DNA of 64,000 nucleotides from Takakia lepidozioides (Eukaryota; Plantae; Bryophyta): NCBI GenBank assembly GCA_030704615.1, contig CM060733.1, positions 76,570,001 to 76,634,000 of the forward strand, read 5' to 3'. Shown piece by piece: positions 49,590 to 61,348 of this stretch (position 1 is its first letter; each line of letters starts with the position of its first letter). The notes under the pieces were generated by a model. It saw only the letters and a program-made list of their open reading frames with translations, ran no database searches and was not told where the DNA came from. The position numbers and the translations under genes were made by a program.

Positions 49590-51985
49590 TGATGAAAAAA
49601 ACTATAGAGAGATATGTGTTGCCTGTCATTGCCCAAGCTGCTACTATCACTGCCACTTTTGACTTGTGGATGAGCCGATGATCTGGGTATGACACTTTTG
49701 CTGTAGTCATCAACTTCATAGATGAAGTTTGGAATCCATGTCATATAACAGTAGGCTTGTTTGAGGCTCATAACACTTCTGGGGCAACTCTTGCCCAACA
49801 ACTGAAGGCCCTCTTGGCATTACAAGTTGATTGACAAAGTGGTGGCTTATGTGAAGATGAAGGTGCAAATCTGAATACCCTAGCTATTGCTTTGACCTCA
49901 GTGGTTTCATATCAACCACTTGCATTGTCTGTGCCATATCCTGGCAGCCGTTTCGACCATGCTATGTCGAAAGCCTGTCAAAGTATGCTTGTGATTAGGA
50001 GAAGGTGGAAGATGGAATGAATGAGGTTTCACTGAAGGATACACAAGCTGCCTTGCAAAAAACTATTACTTGGATAAAGAAGTCTGGCAAGGGTAAGTTA
50101 GAGAAGGAGAAATCATGTATTGAGGCTGGAATGCCGAAAAAGAAATAAAGGACTCCGGTGAAAACCATATTTGCTAGTAATGTGATTCTGTTTCAGGAAA
50201 CATTAGAGTACGCAAATGTGATTAACGTTTTTTATACAAGGCAAATCACAGCTTTGTAAGCAAGGGTGCCCACTAGCCTCACATGGGCCATAACAAGGGC
50301 AGTCACTGAAACCCTAAATCCTGTTGTTAAGCAATGCATTATGAACCAGCTCGGAGGTTATTGGTTGCTCTTTAATGTGTTGCTCTGGGCCTAATGGGGA
50401 CATTAATGAGGAAGGTTGTGGAAATGAGAGTTGTCATTGTGTCTGCCTTGCAGTGCAGAGACTTTGCTCAAGAGATAGAGATCTTCTATGCTCAAATAAC
50501 ATTGCAAGTGACTGAGGTATTGTGGCCATTTCTGTCATTTGCAGAAACTTTTGGTCAACTGAGAGCACATAACATGTTTGCTTGATGTTGGATCCACGCT
50601 ATAAAGGATTGTTGTGTATTATGAATTATATTAGAAAGGGTGCAGCTGCAAATCTGGTGGAGTAATATGATAGTAGTTTAGTTACCGCTTTCAAACATTT
50701 GAATCCTACCCGTGCTAAACCATCTAAAGGTGCATTTAGATTCTTTGTTTGGGTTTGTGACTTCCACCGAGGAGGCAAGTGAGGGACTTCTAAAAGCTGA
50801 GTTTGTCTTTGTTTTACCGATTTCATGTCGATAATGTTGATCAGCTCGACCCTCTAAAATGGTGGCATGAGAATGAAACCAGATTTCCAAATATTGGATT
50901 TCTGGCAAGGCACATTCTAGGGATTCCTGGATCTCAAATTGAGACTAACGTTTTTTTTTTGCGCGAAATTTCGTCACTTTTCGATCCAAAAATTGGCCTC
51001 ATGAAATCTACAAATGAATTATGGGTTAAAATATGGCACTGTTTCGCATTACTGCCCTCCCTAATGCCATCATGTCGCTGCAATGAGGACGTCGCCTGTA
51101 CAACTGTCGCACACGGAAAGAGCCACATGCCATTCGGGTTCACTAGATCCATATGATATTCTTGCCTATCGATTTCTAGAAACCCTACCACCTTGCCGCG
51201 CAAGGAGCAAAGCCTTGGGTTCAAACTCTTCCCGCTTTCGCCAAGGGGTCGAGCTATGGAGGGAACTCTCGTTTAGGTTTCGCTTACCCGCTTAGTATCC
51301 GTGTCATGCACCTCCATTTAAGCAGACTTGCACCGCCTCTTGCACGGCTTTGAGCAAAGTTGCTGATCTTGGACAAGATTAGTCGTATTTGTCAATGGAT
51401 TGTATCCATGTGACAGAGTTGTGCTAGTCTGGTTGCTTTTGTTTCCATTGCTTCTTTGCCTTGTTCTGATCTCCACGAAACTTTTAAGGCGTTCCGGGTG
51501 TTTTTTTCATTTATGTTTGTTCTTGTACACTAATGTGGTTTGCTTGTGTAGGTCCCACCCCGTGCTGCAGTGGGCAGAGTCTTTGTGGTTGAGGTTCAAT
51601 TCCTCCAGAGGGCATTTTCGCTCAACAACATGCTTTGCAATATGCAGTGTCGTTGTTACTTAGAAAAAATTACCTCCCTTGTCGCTCCCACAAACCGAAC
51701 ACTACATGAGTTGAGTTCGCATAAAATTCATCAAATATTCTTGACAATAGCCACCAGTTCGAGATCACATGCCACAGAGTCGCCAATTGATCTTCCTCAT
51801 AGGCCAGCTAGGAGCCAACATGGCTCAAGTTCTTAAATGAAAAAAAAAAAACGTTGATTGAGACCGAGAAAATTTTCTCAATGGCTGGTATATTGACAGC
51901 ATTGAGACGTTATCGTCTTGGGATGGAAAAACTTGACTAATTGGTGATAATCTATAAGAATTGGCCAAATGACGCACAACATGAC
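49590..51985 (+). pseudogene. hAT transposase pseudogene, interrupted by a MITE in the dimerisation domain
   Basis: TATFDLWMS..GYDTFAVVINFI, VKDEGANL, HAMSKACQ, QKTITWIKKSGKG, TPVKT.FAS, LDPRYK, DPLKWW...LARHILGIPGSQIET | EKIFSMAGILTALRR...IYKNWPND. Confidence 0.9.
50946..51856. mobile_element. Non-autonomous hAT-like element (911 bp)
   Basis: TIR (T/C)AACGTTTTTTTTTT and perfect 8-bp TSD ATTGAGAC (50938-45, 51857-64). Removing it restores SQIETEKIFS. Confidence 0.92.
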
Positions 51986-53109
51986 GTACACCAATCCATC
52001 GCCGTTTCTATGAGCTGGTGGGCGTTCAATGGGCCAACGGATGGTTGCCCATCCAAATGATTTTCGTTCGCTTTGAGACTTCGCCAGTGTGTTCAATGTA
52101 CCCTCTGATATGTCCCAGTGTAATACGAGATCAATCGAAATTCGTTCGATGGGCCAATGAGGCGTTCACTTGTCATCTGGTTTTTTGTTCAATGCGAAAA
52201 AAAAATCTTGCAATGCGTGCACGGCTATTGCACCCATTGAACAGATGTGGTTGAAGCCCATATTTTGCCCCCATGTGCTGGAACATGTGTGCGACACATG
52301 TGCGGAGACACATTAGACGAATAAATAATTTGCCTCCCCATCGACGCGCTCACCCCTCAAGCCATTCCACAATTTAATTGAATTTATAAGCCAATAAATA
52401 GGTTTGCACTGTTTTTCATTGGGGATTTCTGGCACGTTGTTTCTGACTCACACATAATCCAAATTTCTTCCTACCAAGAACCTACTGGTATAAGCAAAAC
52501 CTGATACTAGTCCAATTGGTTCATGATAAACCTGAGAATTGTATGGATGTATTTCATGAAGACTATCCATTGATAGAGATAACTTGTTGAATCAGACGTA
52601 ACTTATGGAGTCACGTCGCCCCAGTTTGGAAGGTGGATGGAAGGTGGATGCTTTCTAATGGCAATAACAAAGGCAAGTCGATCGTCCCAACCCTCCCATG
52701 TAACCCAATTAATGTTTGACCCAATTATTTATTTAATGAATACTTATACTTATGAATGGATTGGTAATGAGAAAATAAACCTAAAAATAAATAAAATAAA
52801 CCTCTAAATTATAATAAAGCTAATCAGGGCTACTACCCCCCTGTTAACCAAAAAAAAACAAAAATAAAAAACAAACCTCTAAAACAACTGCTATTTGGCA
52901 GTCGTGAATGAAAACTGAAACATTCATCCAAATAGTTCACCCAATATTTCTCAAATGCTGAATGGCTCCGCGAAAAAACCGGTGTTGGACTGGTATATTG
53001 ATAAGAAACTGGTATCAATACTAGTCCTTGAAGGGTCAGCTCATCCTTGAATATGGACAACTGAAAGAGGTGCCATACACTTTCAACTAGGAAGGCATGT
53101 GGGCAGACT

Positions 53110-54670
53110 CCAATAACTACGTCTCTCTGTTGAGCAGGAGTGTATGAACCAAGGAAAGATAGGCAAGGGAAAGCAGGTGCACATGCATATATCATCAAAG
53201 TGGATTCAAACCAAGCATTTCCTACTCAACCCCCTGCTCAACATATATGCCAAAGTGTGGATGCACGTCAAGTGTGACAAACTACCTGAACGGAATTTGC
53301 TTTCCTGACTATAATGATCGCAGCATATGCCAAACATGGGTATGGTAGGGACGCATTAGAGATCTATGAGCAAATGATATGGATAAGGGGTACACCTGAT
53401 ATGGTCACCTTCACTTTGCATTCTCAATGTGTGTGTGCAAGCCTTGGATCCCTGGAAGAAGGCAAAGAGGTGAATGCTGACATTGTCAAAGCTGGAATTG
53501 CAGCAGATATGATCCTGGAAACTGCCCTGGTTGACATCTAGGAATGCGAAATGTGGGAGCATGAAGGATGCCTGCCAGGTGTGCAACAATATGGCCAAAC
53601 GAAATGTGGTCCTCCGGAATGCAATGATGATAGGCCGGAGGATGTGCAAACCACCGATGTGGTAGGGAGGTTTTCAGTATGTACAAGCAAAGGCAGCAGC
53701 AAGGGGTGTTGCCCGACAAGGTCAAGTTTCCTTGTGTTCTCACTGTGCGTGGCAAGGAGCCCTGGAAGAATGGCACAGACATCCATGTTGACATCATCAA
53801 ATTTGGAGTTGTACCAGACATTGTTCTGGACAATGCCCTTATTGGCGTGTAGGCCAAATGTGGGAGTCTGAAGAATGCACGTCAAAAGTTTGACAACGTG
53901 GATAAAGATGATGTGGTCTCATGCAATGCGATTATCGAGGATATGCTCAGCATGGGTTTGGTAGAGAGGCTTTCCAGATCTATCAGCAGATGCAGCGGGA
54001 AACGGTTACTCCGTCACATGCATTCTCACTGTAGGAGCCCCGGGAAATGGCAGAGATGTCCATTTCGATATCATGAGAGCTGGAATTGAGCCACATATCA
54101 TTCTCGAGACGTATGTCAAATGTGGGAATCTCAAGGATTCGCGTCAACTGTTTGATAGTATGGCTCAACGAAATCTGGTCACGTAGAATGCCATGATCGC
54201 AGGTTATGGTCAACACGGCTCTGGTAAGGAAGCCTCCAACTATATGAACAAATGAAACAGGAACGCTTGAAGCCAGATGTATTACCTTCACATGTCTTCT
54301 TTCTGATTGCAGCCATGGATGAAGGCTATCACTACTTCAATTCCATGACTAGAGATCATGGGCTTACCCCTACAGTTGAGCATTTGGGCTGCATAGTGGA
54401 CCTCCTTGGGCGTACAGGGCGATTGATGGAGGCAGAGAACTTCATCAGAAAAACGCCAATTGAACCAGGTGCTGTAGTTTTGGGGGGCTTTGCAGAATAC
54501 ATGGCAATGTGGAGCTGGCAGGGCATGCAGCAAAATGCCTTGGACCATAGAACTCTAAAAGGTACGTGATTCTATCAAACATCTATGCTGAAGATGGCAG
54601 GTCGGTCGATCAAGCAAAGGTGAAAAAATTGATGGAGGACATATGTCAGAAAGGAGCCAGGTTGGCACAT
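53110..54670 (+). pseudogene. Heavily degraded PLS-E class PPR gene
   Basis: MIAAYAKHGYGRDALEIYEQM, LEEGKEVNADIVKAGI, DEGYHYFNSMTRDHGLTPTVEHLGCIVDLLGRTGRLMEAENFI (L2-S2) and YVILSNIYAEDGR...RKEPG (E). Many frameshifts. Confidence 0.88.
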
Positions 54671-54689
54671 GCATCGAGAACAGGGTGGT

Positions 54690-54790
54690 GCACGCCTTGA
54701 GAACACTGACGTTCGGTGTCAGGCCTTCCCATATCAATCGATCATATACCTCTAAAGCCTCCTTACCACGCTGTCCTTTGGACGCTTTTA
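54690..54790 (-). pseudogene. Short inverted PPR fragment
   Basis: GQRGKEALEVYDRLIWEGLTPNVSVLKAC. Confidence 0.6.
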
Positions 54791-57700
54791 CACCAGGCAC
54801 GCACCCACACAATTCTTCATTTGAAAAATGACAGTAAAACTGACCTTGAAACTCTTTTGAGAAGTGCATACATCCTTGCTTAGGTCCCTGTCCATTATCA
54901 TCCTCCTCTAGTGGTCTCCATAGCCCCGCCTTCGGCTTGCAATTGTTTGAAACAAATCCAACTGGAAAGCTGTTCGGATAATGCCAAGGAAGGTACACGG
55001 TGTGCAGTCCACACCTGCTTGAACTTTGAGCACAGTGCCAGGCAGGCAGACGGCACAGCCTTGGGGAGTCTCCTGCTAACAGCCTCACACCCTCCCCCTC
55101 CCATTTTCTATCCCTCCCTCTCACAAGGCTATAACAAACAATGTCTCATGAGTACATCTCTGTCTCATGCAACAAGGAGCTTTTAGGACTTCCCCTCTAT
55201 TGGGAAGAGGGTATGTTCCAATTTTTCCCTCATTAGAGGCCCCCGACAAATGGAAAATAACAAAGCCTCCCATTTTTTAATAATTGGGACTTGAATGCAC
55301 CTATGGGCCCCGCCAGTACGGCCCATGGGGTGAGCTCATGAACCCACCCCCCTTTCACCGTGTCTAAGCTTAGATTCTGAATTTTTTCCAAGTCCTAGTT
55401 CTTTAACGGCGGCGGACCTTCTAGCGGACTGGCCAAACCCTCAACAGACTGACTCCAACTGTCGAGCGGACTGGCGAGTGGCGAGCGGACTCACCAACAA
55501 CTGACTCCAACGAGCGCCTAACTCCAACCTTCAGACCCTTAAAAGAACCCCTTTGGCACATTTATCAGAGGGAAACTTGGAGGGAAAGTGCAACATACCA
55601 ACTAATAATCCCTTGCTATGAAAAGCTGGAGGGGAAGTTGAAAGGGGGAAACTGTAAGAGGAAAAGATGAGTAGGGGGAAAATGTCCCAATCCCCTCTGT
55701 TGTGCTTATCAGGGATTTGTTTTGTTGTTTTTTGGTTAACAGGGGGATCGCAGCCCTGGTGAACTTATTATAAGACGTCCAGGGAAGTGTTTCGCGCCTT
55801 CACGCCCCGGAGGTTATTTTTTCCTCCCTGTTCTAAAAATTCCCATTAATAAATTTCCAAGGCCCATATCCCCTGTTCTGCAAATAATAATAATAATAAA
55901 TATCCAACCAGGGCCACTGCCCCCTTTTACTGCAAAATATATATATATATTTTGGTGGGATAAGCCTGTGAAGAACCAGATTCCTCTCTAGTCTTTATTC
56001 CCCATCAATTAATGTTATAACTCTGTGGGGATGAAGGTGATTGTTACAACGGATGTGTCACTGATGAGCCTGTAAACTTGTCTTATATTAACCGCTAGTA
56101 GTATATTAAGCAATAGCCTTGTTGGCAACATATCTGTCATGGCATCTGGATAACAATATGAGGAGCCAATGAGTGACAGCCATCTGGCCAGGCAGATTAA
56201 GGATGAAAAGACTATTTAATCAAAGGGGTCTAGAGCCATGTTGTGTTGTTTTTGGAGTGTTCATCTCTGTGTACCTGTGTGGATGAAAGTGTCTCAGTAG
56301 ACGGTGTGTGATTAAGTTTAGGGAATCGTCCCTTAGGATCTGCAGTCCTCTAGAGTAAGATCCCTCATCCTATGCATGCTCGCTCTACTGTAGCTATACT
56401 CCCTCTTTAAGCGCCTCCACCACAAAGGAAGGGAATCTCTGGTGGGCGCCAGAATCTTGGTGGAGACGGGTCGCAAGATCTCGTCAATCATCACCTGGAC
56501 ATTCTCTGTTGGTACGACAGGTAGAAGTAGGCTGACGGCGTGACAATGGCGGCGCTTTCCCGTGCATGTTTGTTTTTGCTTCTAGCTACTGTCGTGCTTC
56601 CTTGTGTCTTTATGATTCATTGTGTTCTTGAGCTTCACAGCAATGGCGTCTTCATCGCGCACTCCCACTGAAGCTGAGCTCAACGCGTACAAGGAGACAC
56701 CAACGGGTAACTTTGAAGCAGTCTTTGCTGGGATGTTGCGTGACTCAGTTGATCCCAAGTTCATCGTGGAGGTGGACTATCCTTCCTTTGGTGAACCATT
56801 TGAGCGGCCCGAGCTGGTTTTAGACAGGACCTCAGATCATTGGGTTCGCGAGTTCGAGCTCACAGCTGCCAAGGAGGGCTTGAAGCCCACGCGAAACAAA
56901 AAGAAGGCTGCTGAGCAACGCCGCAAAGTCATCGAGGCACTAGTGCAAGGTGCCAGAGCAGCAAAGCTCCTCCAACGCCTCTACGCTGCAGAAATTGACC
57001 GCAAGCTTCCTCTGTCGGTCACTAAGGAGCGTCTACTTGCTGGTGAGACCCTGAGTTGGTCCGAGCTTGGGGTGCCGCAATTCAGAGTTGCTGGTGAAGT
57101 CACCGTTGAGCTTGGCAGCTTCTTGCCACCACACCGACCGAGTCCAGTCAGGCTCTGGGAGTTAGTCCGAGGAGGGAGCTCTCTTGTTTTGGCCAATCTA
57201 CGCCCTCTCTGGAAACCTGAGCACAATGTCGAGTTGTCTTGGGAGGATCATGTACGGGCCTTCCAGTTTCTCGCTTTCCACATACTGAGAACGACATCCT
57301 CCTCTTTCCTGGTACTGATTTTCATGCTGAGAGGGTGGCCTTCAGTCTTCCCAACGCCATGGTCACAAAATATCCAGTACATACCTTGCTGGCCAAGGAG
57401 AAGATCATTCGCTCAGTAGTCCACGTGTCCTTTTGGCTTAAGATTGACGAGGAACTATGGCACTTTTTGGGAGAATCCGTGCACATGCTCACAATTTCGT
57501 GAGCTCATATCGTATCACTGACTGGGAGGACGAGCTGCAGCCCGTGCCCGGTCGACAAGGAAGGTGAGAATTGTCCCTGCTTTATCAATTCAAATGCCTA
57601 AGACTGCTAGAGCTCGTGAGTCTTGGAAATTTTGGATGATTTGGATGAGGACGAGCCGGCCAATGAGGCAAAGGTTGATACTCCAAATCTTCCCGAACCC

Positions 57701-58684
57701 ATGTCCGAGACCCTATCTCCAGAGGAGCCTCTGGGGGCAGGCACTGCTAATCCTCCGCAAGGGACTCATGCAACCACGTCAGGTAACAAGCCTAACCTTG
57801 ATATCCAGGGTATCTATGATGCTATGAGCACACTATCTAGTTGCCCTGGGGGGTGCACTTTTTATAAAATGTGCGTATCACGTGCGTTCGCTGACTAATA
57901 AAAAACCCCCCTGTATACGGGTCCTCGGATAATTTATATCCCCTCTGTACATACTTTTTGAGGATTATAAAACCCTCTCCTGTACATATACAAAAATTTA
58001 TAATTAAAAAAAAACCCCTCTATATGTATATTCTCCTTTTCAATCATTAAAAAATACCCTCAAATATGTATATGTATGTTTTTATATTATATCAAGTTTA
58101 TTCATTAAAAAACAAATAAAATCCAATAAATTAATTAAAAATATATCTATTTGCCCTTGATAAGATTGTCAAAGACTTTCCGCTCATTGTAATTGTGTTT
58201 TTCTCCAACACCACATATCTTCCATAATACTAATAAGTTGAGCCAGCTTATAGAGTAGTTTTTAAGCTACCTACCATGTTGATTAAATACTAAATAGTAC
58301 GATGGTTTCAGTTCTGAATCAGAATGTATTGTTCAAGACATCTTATCTCCAAGAGTCTGGGGTTTTCAGATGTATAATGTTATCTTTGGATTAACCACCA
58401 AATGGTACAATGTATACTCTTATCTATGGCTGGTGAACAGAACCATGCCAATATATTCTGTATACTTTAATGATAAAGAGCACTAAGAGTATGTGTTGAA
58501 CTCAAGGCTGGTACAGATGTAAGTTGCTTGGGGAAGTGAAAGCCTAAGTAATAAAGGGCATTGGGAATTGCAGAGTTCAACATGGAATTTTAGGGCCAAT
58601 TCTGATAAGAGAGAAGAACAGGGTGAAATGTATCCCTTAGTGATTTTCCTTCCCTAGATAATTTGGACTCTCAGAATGACACAA

Positions 58685-59300
58685 AGTACAACAATTCCAG
58701 CTTTTGTCAATGTCACCATGGACCTCTTCCCCCTTTTCCAGGTCTGCCCCACACTCCCTTTGCATCCTCTACGCACCCGCATTTGGCAGACCTGTCCACC
58801 AGGGCACTATTCAGGATGACATAAGGTACAATTCCAGCTTTTGACAATGTCACCGTGGACCTCTTCCCCCTTTTCCAGGTCTGCCCAACACTCCCTTTGC
58901 ATCCTCTACGCACCCGCATTTGGCAGACCTGTCCACCATGGCACTATTCAGAATGATATAGGTACAATTCCAGCTTTTGACAGTGTCACCATGGACCTCT
59001 TTCCCCTTTTCTAAGTCTGCCCCACACTCCATTTGCATCCTCTACGCACCCGCATTCGGCAGACCTGTCCACCAGGGCACTGTTCAGATGACATAAGGTA
59101 CAATTCCAGCTTTTGACAAGTCACCATGGACCTCTTCCCCCTTTTCCAGGTTTTCCCCACACTCCCTTTGCATCCTCTATGCACCCGCATTTGGCAGACC
59201 TGTCCACCAGGGGGCACTATTCAGAATGACATAAGGTACATTAATTTCAGCTTTTGACAATGTCACCATGCACCTCTTCCCCCTTTTCCATGTCTGCCCA
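58685..59300 (-). repeat. ~137-bp tandem repeat (~4.5 copies) derived from a PPR L/S junction
   Basis: Units start at 58691, 58828, 58964, 59100 and 59238, and encode LEKGKEVHGD.VKAGIVPYVILNSALVDRSAKCGCVEDAKGV with frameshifts. Confidence 0.9.
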
Positions 59301-59419
59301 ACAGTACTCCATTTGAATGGACTCTATGCACCAACTTTCTGAATCTTGAGGCTAAGCCAAAGCTCAGCCCCTAAATCACCCTCTCTGCACTAGACTTAAT
59401 TCAAACTCAGGGGGGAACC

Positions 59420-59925
59420 CGACCTTTGCTCCATCACTATGCTCCATGACACCACATTGCATACACAACCCCTTAGCTGCCCATCACTCCCTTTGCATCT
59501 TACACATACCCACATTTGACATACATGTCCGCCAGGGCAGCTTTCATAATGATATCTGATACAATCACTACAGCTTTGACGATGCCACCGTGGACCTCTT
59601 CTCCAATCTCCAGGGCTGCCAAGCTTGTACATGTGCTCAGAGGTCTCCAAAGCCTCCCTCCTCTGCCCTTGTAGCGCTTATAGCATGCCACCATCACGCT
59701 CTATGACACCACATTCCGTTCAGCCATACTGCCCAACACCCCCTTTAATGCATCCTTCATGCACCCGCATTTGGCATACATGTCCACCACGGCACTGGTC
59801 AGATTGACATCTGATACAATCCCAGCTTTGATGATGCCACCATGGACCTCTTCCTCATTTTCCAGGGCTGCCAGGATCGCACATGCATTGCAAAAACAAA
59901 CGAATGTGACTGGCCTGGGCTGGAA
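59420..59925 (-). pseudogene. PLS-class PPR fragment
   Basis: VTFVCFCNACAILAALENEEEVHGGIIKAGIVSDVNLTSAVVDMYAKCG...MAERNVVS, from the same subfamily as copies A and B. Confidence 0.88.
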
Positions 59926-61348
59926 GAATACCAAATCATGGTACTAACAGGAGGCAAGAGCCCGCATTTCCAGGATGGACAAACTTCTTCACATTGTACC
60001 TTAAGAAAACGCCACACCTTGCGACTGTAGTTGTCCCACCATCGTGAAGGATCTTTAAAAAACTTTTGTCAGCTCTGCTCCGTGCTGCAAATTCAGGGGC
60101 GCCGAGTGTGATGAGAGGGAAAAACAGGCTGAAATAGGTCGAAGAAGAAGGTGCCCTCGCCACATTGTCCTTGACCTTGTGTTGTGACCCATGGAGGATT
60201 TGACCTCCCATCAACCCCAAAATGATCTCTTATGTGTGCTGCTGATGGCTGTAGTCAGGTAATGTCGGATTGGTCTTTGAGAACCACCACAGTGCAGCTG
60301 AGCAAGCAGAGATTGAAAACACGGCTTGCTAAGACCAAGCTGACCCTCCCAAGAACCTTGTAAACATCAAGAAGAATACCAAGCCCTGCGGTCGACCACC
60401 CACCCACGAACGCGGGAGAGGAGGGGAGAGGAGATGAGAGGAGATGAGAGGAGAGGAGGGAAAAGAGAGAGCAAAAAAAAGGATACCGCGATTTGATCCC
60501 GCCGTGCATCGCGGACTAAACGATGTCCTTACCACTAGACTACCCCTTACAATTCAACAACCCCCTCCTGTAACATTATATTTAACGTGTTTTAAATCCC
60601 CCTATTTATGTATAATGTTGTACATGGGGGGGTTTAAAATACCCCCTCCTGTGCACGCACGTGGCTGGTACATATTGGCTGGAGTGCACCCCCCAGGCTA
60701 GTTGCCCTACGTTGGTACAGTTGTTTTTAGACAAACAGATTGGTGTGGCGCCCGTGACCAAGGCAAAGGACCCTCAACATTCTCACAAACGTCCATATCC
60801 AGAGTATGAGATGGGTCAAGACTTTGAGAATTTTCTCAACTTCTTTGAGATGAGTGTGAAATTTAATGAGCTGCCTGCTAAGATGGTGACCAATTCTTTT
60901 CGCTTTTGCCTTAAGGGTGAGGCTCGTGATCTGTTTGAAGCCAGTATTAAGGATCAGGGTGAGCTAGGATGGGGAGTGGCCAAACAGTTGGCACTTAAAT
61001 TATTCAGGTCTGATACGCCAATCAACTACACTATACCAGACCGGCCTTGCAAATTTGGTGAGAGCATATGGAAATATTACACTAACCTCAAGACCAACAT
61101 CAGTAAGGCTATACCCATACCCTCTGAACGTAGTGCTGTTCTTAAGACCTACTTCATCACTGGGTTGCCTGCTCCCGATCAAGTTTATCTTCAGAAACAT
61201 CCCTACCGAGATGATAGACACATGGTTGAAATTATGGACGAGCGAATGAGGTTGCGAACTACCAAACAAGGTACTGTTGGGCCTACAATAGCTCATTGTG
61301 CTCTGATGCATGTGGCTGAAGGTACTAATGGGGTGTCCATTGCAAAAG

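Larger units (their letters stand above)
52809..55773. mobile_element. Segment bounded by ~65-bp inverted repeats enclosing PPR pseudogene cargo (candidate old Pack element)
   Basis: Left ttataataaagctaatcagggctactacccccctgttaaccaaaaaa versus right reverse complement ttataataagttcaccagggctgcgatccccctgttaaccaaaaaac. No TSD found. Confidence 0.5.
57845..60697. mobile_element. 2.85-kb non-autonomous TIR element carrying PPR fragments (Pack-TIR, superfamily uncertain)
   Basis: Perfect 15-bp TIR CCTGGGGGGTGCACT / AGTGCACCCCCCAGG and perfect 8-bp TSD CTAGTTGC (57837-44, 60698-705). Excision restores the host frame MSTLSSCPTLVQ. Confidence 0.93.
56042..61348 (+). mobile_element. 5' part of a Ty3/Gypsy-like LTR element (LTR, PBS, long upstream ORF, gag), split by one DNA transposon and truncated by another
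   Basis: LTR TGTTACA...GTGACA at 56042-56545, TGG-starting PBS-like site at 56547, and an ORF from ATG 56644. Gag capsid motifs DFENFLNFFE...FCLKGEARDLFE...GESIWKYY...YFITGLP at 60790-61170. Confidence 0.75.

Noticed and set aside
49590-51985. This hAT transposase as the mobiliser of the Pack elements
   Set aside because: It is badly degraded and its own TIRs were not found, so no link can be made.
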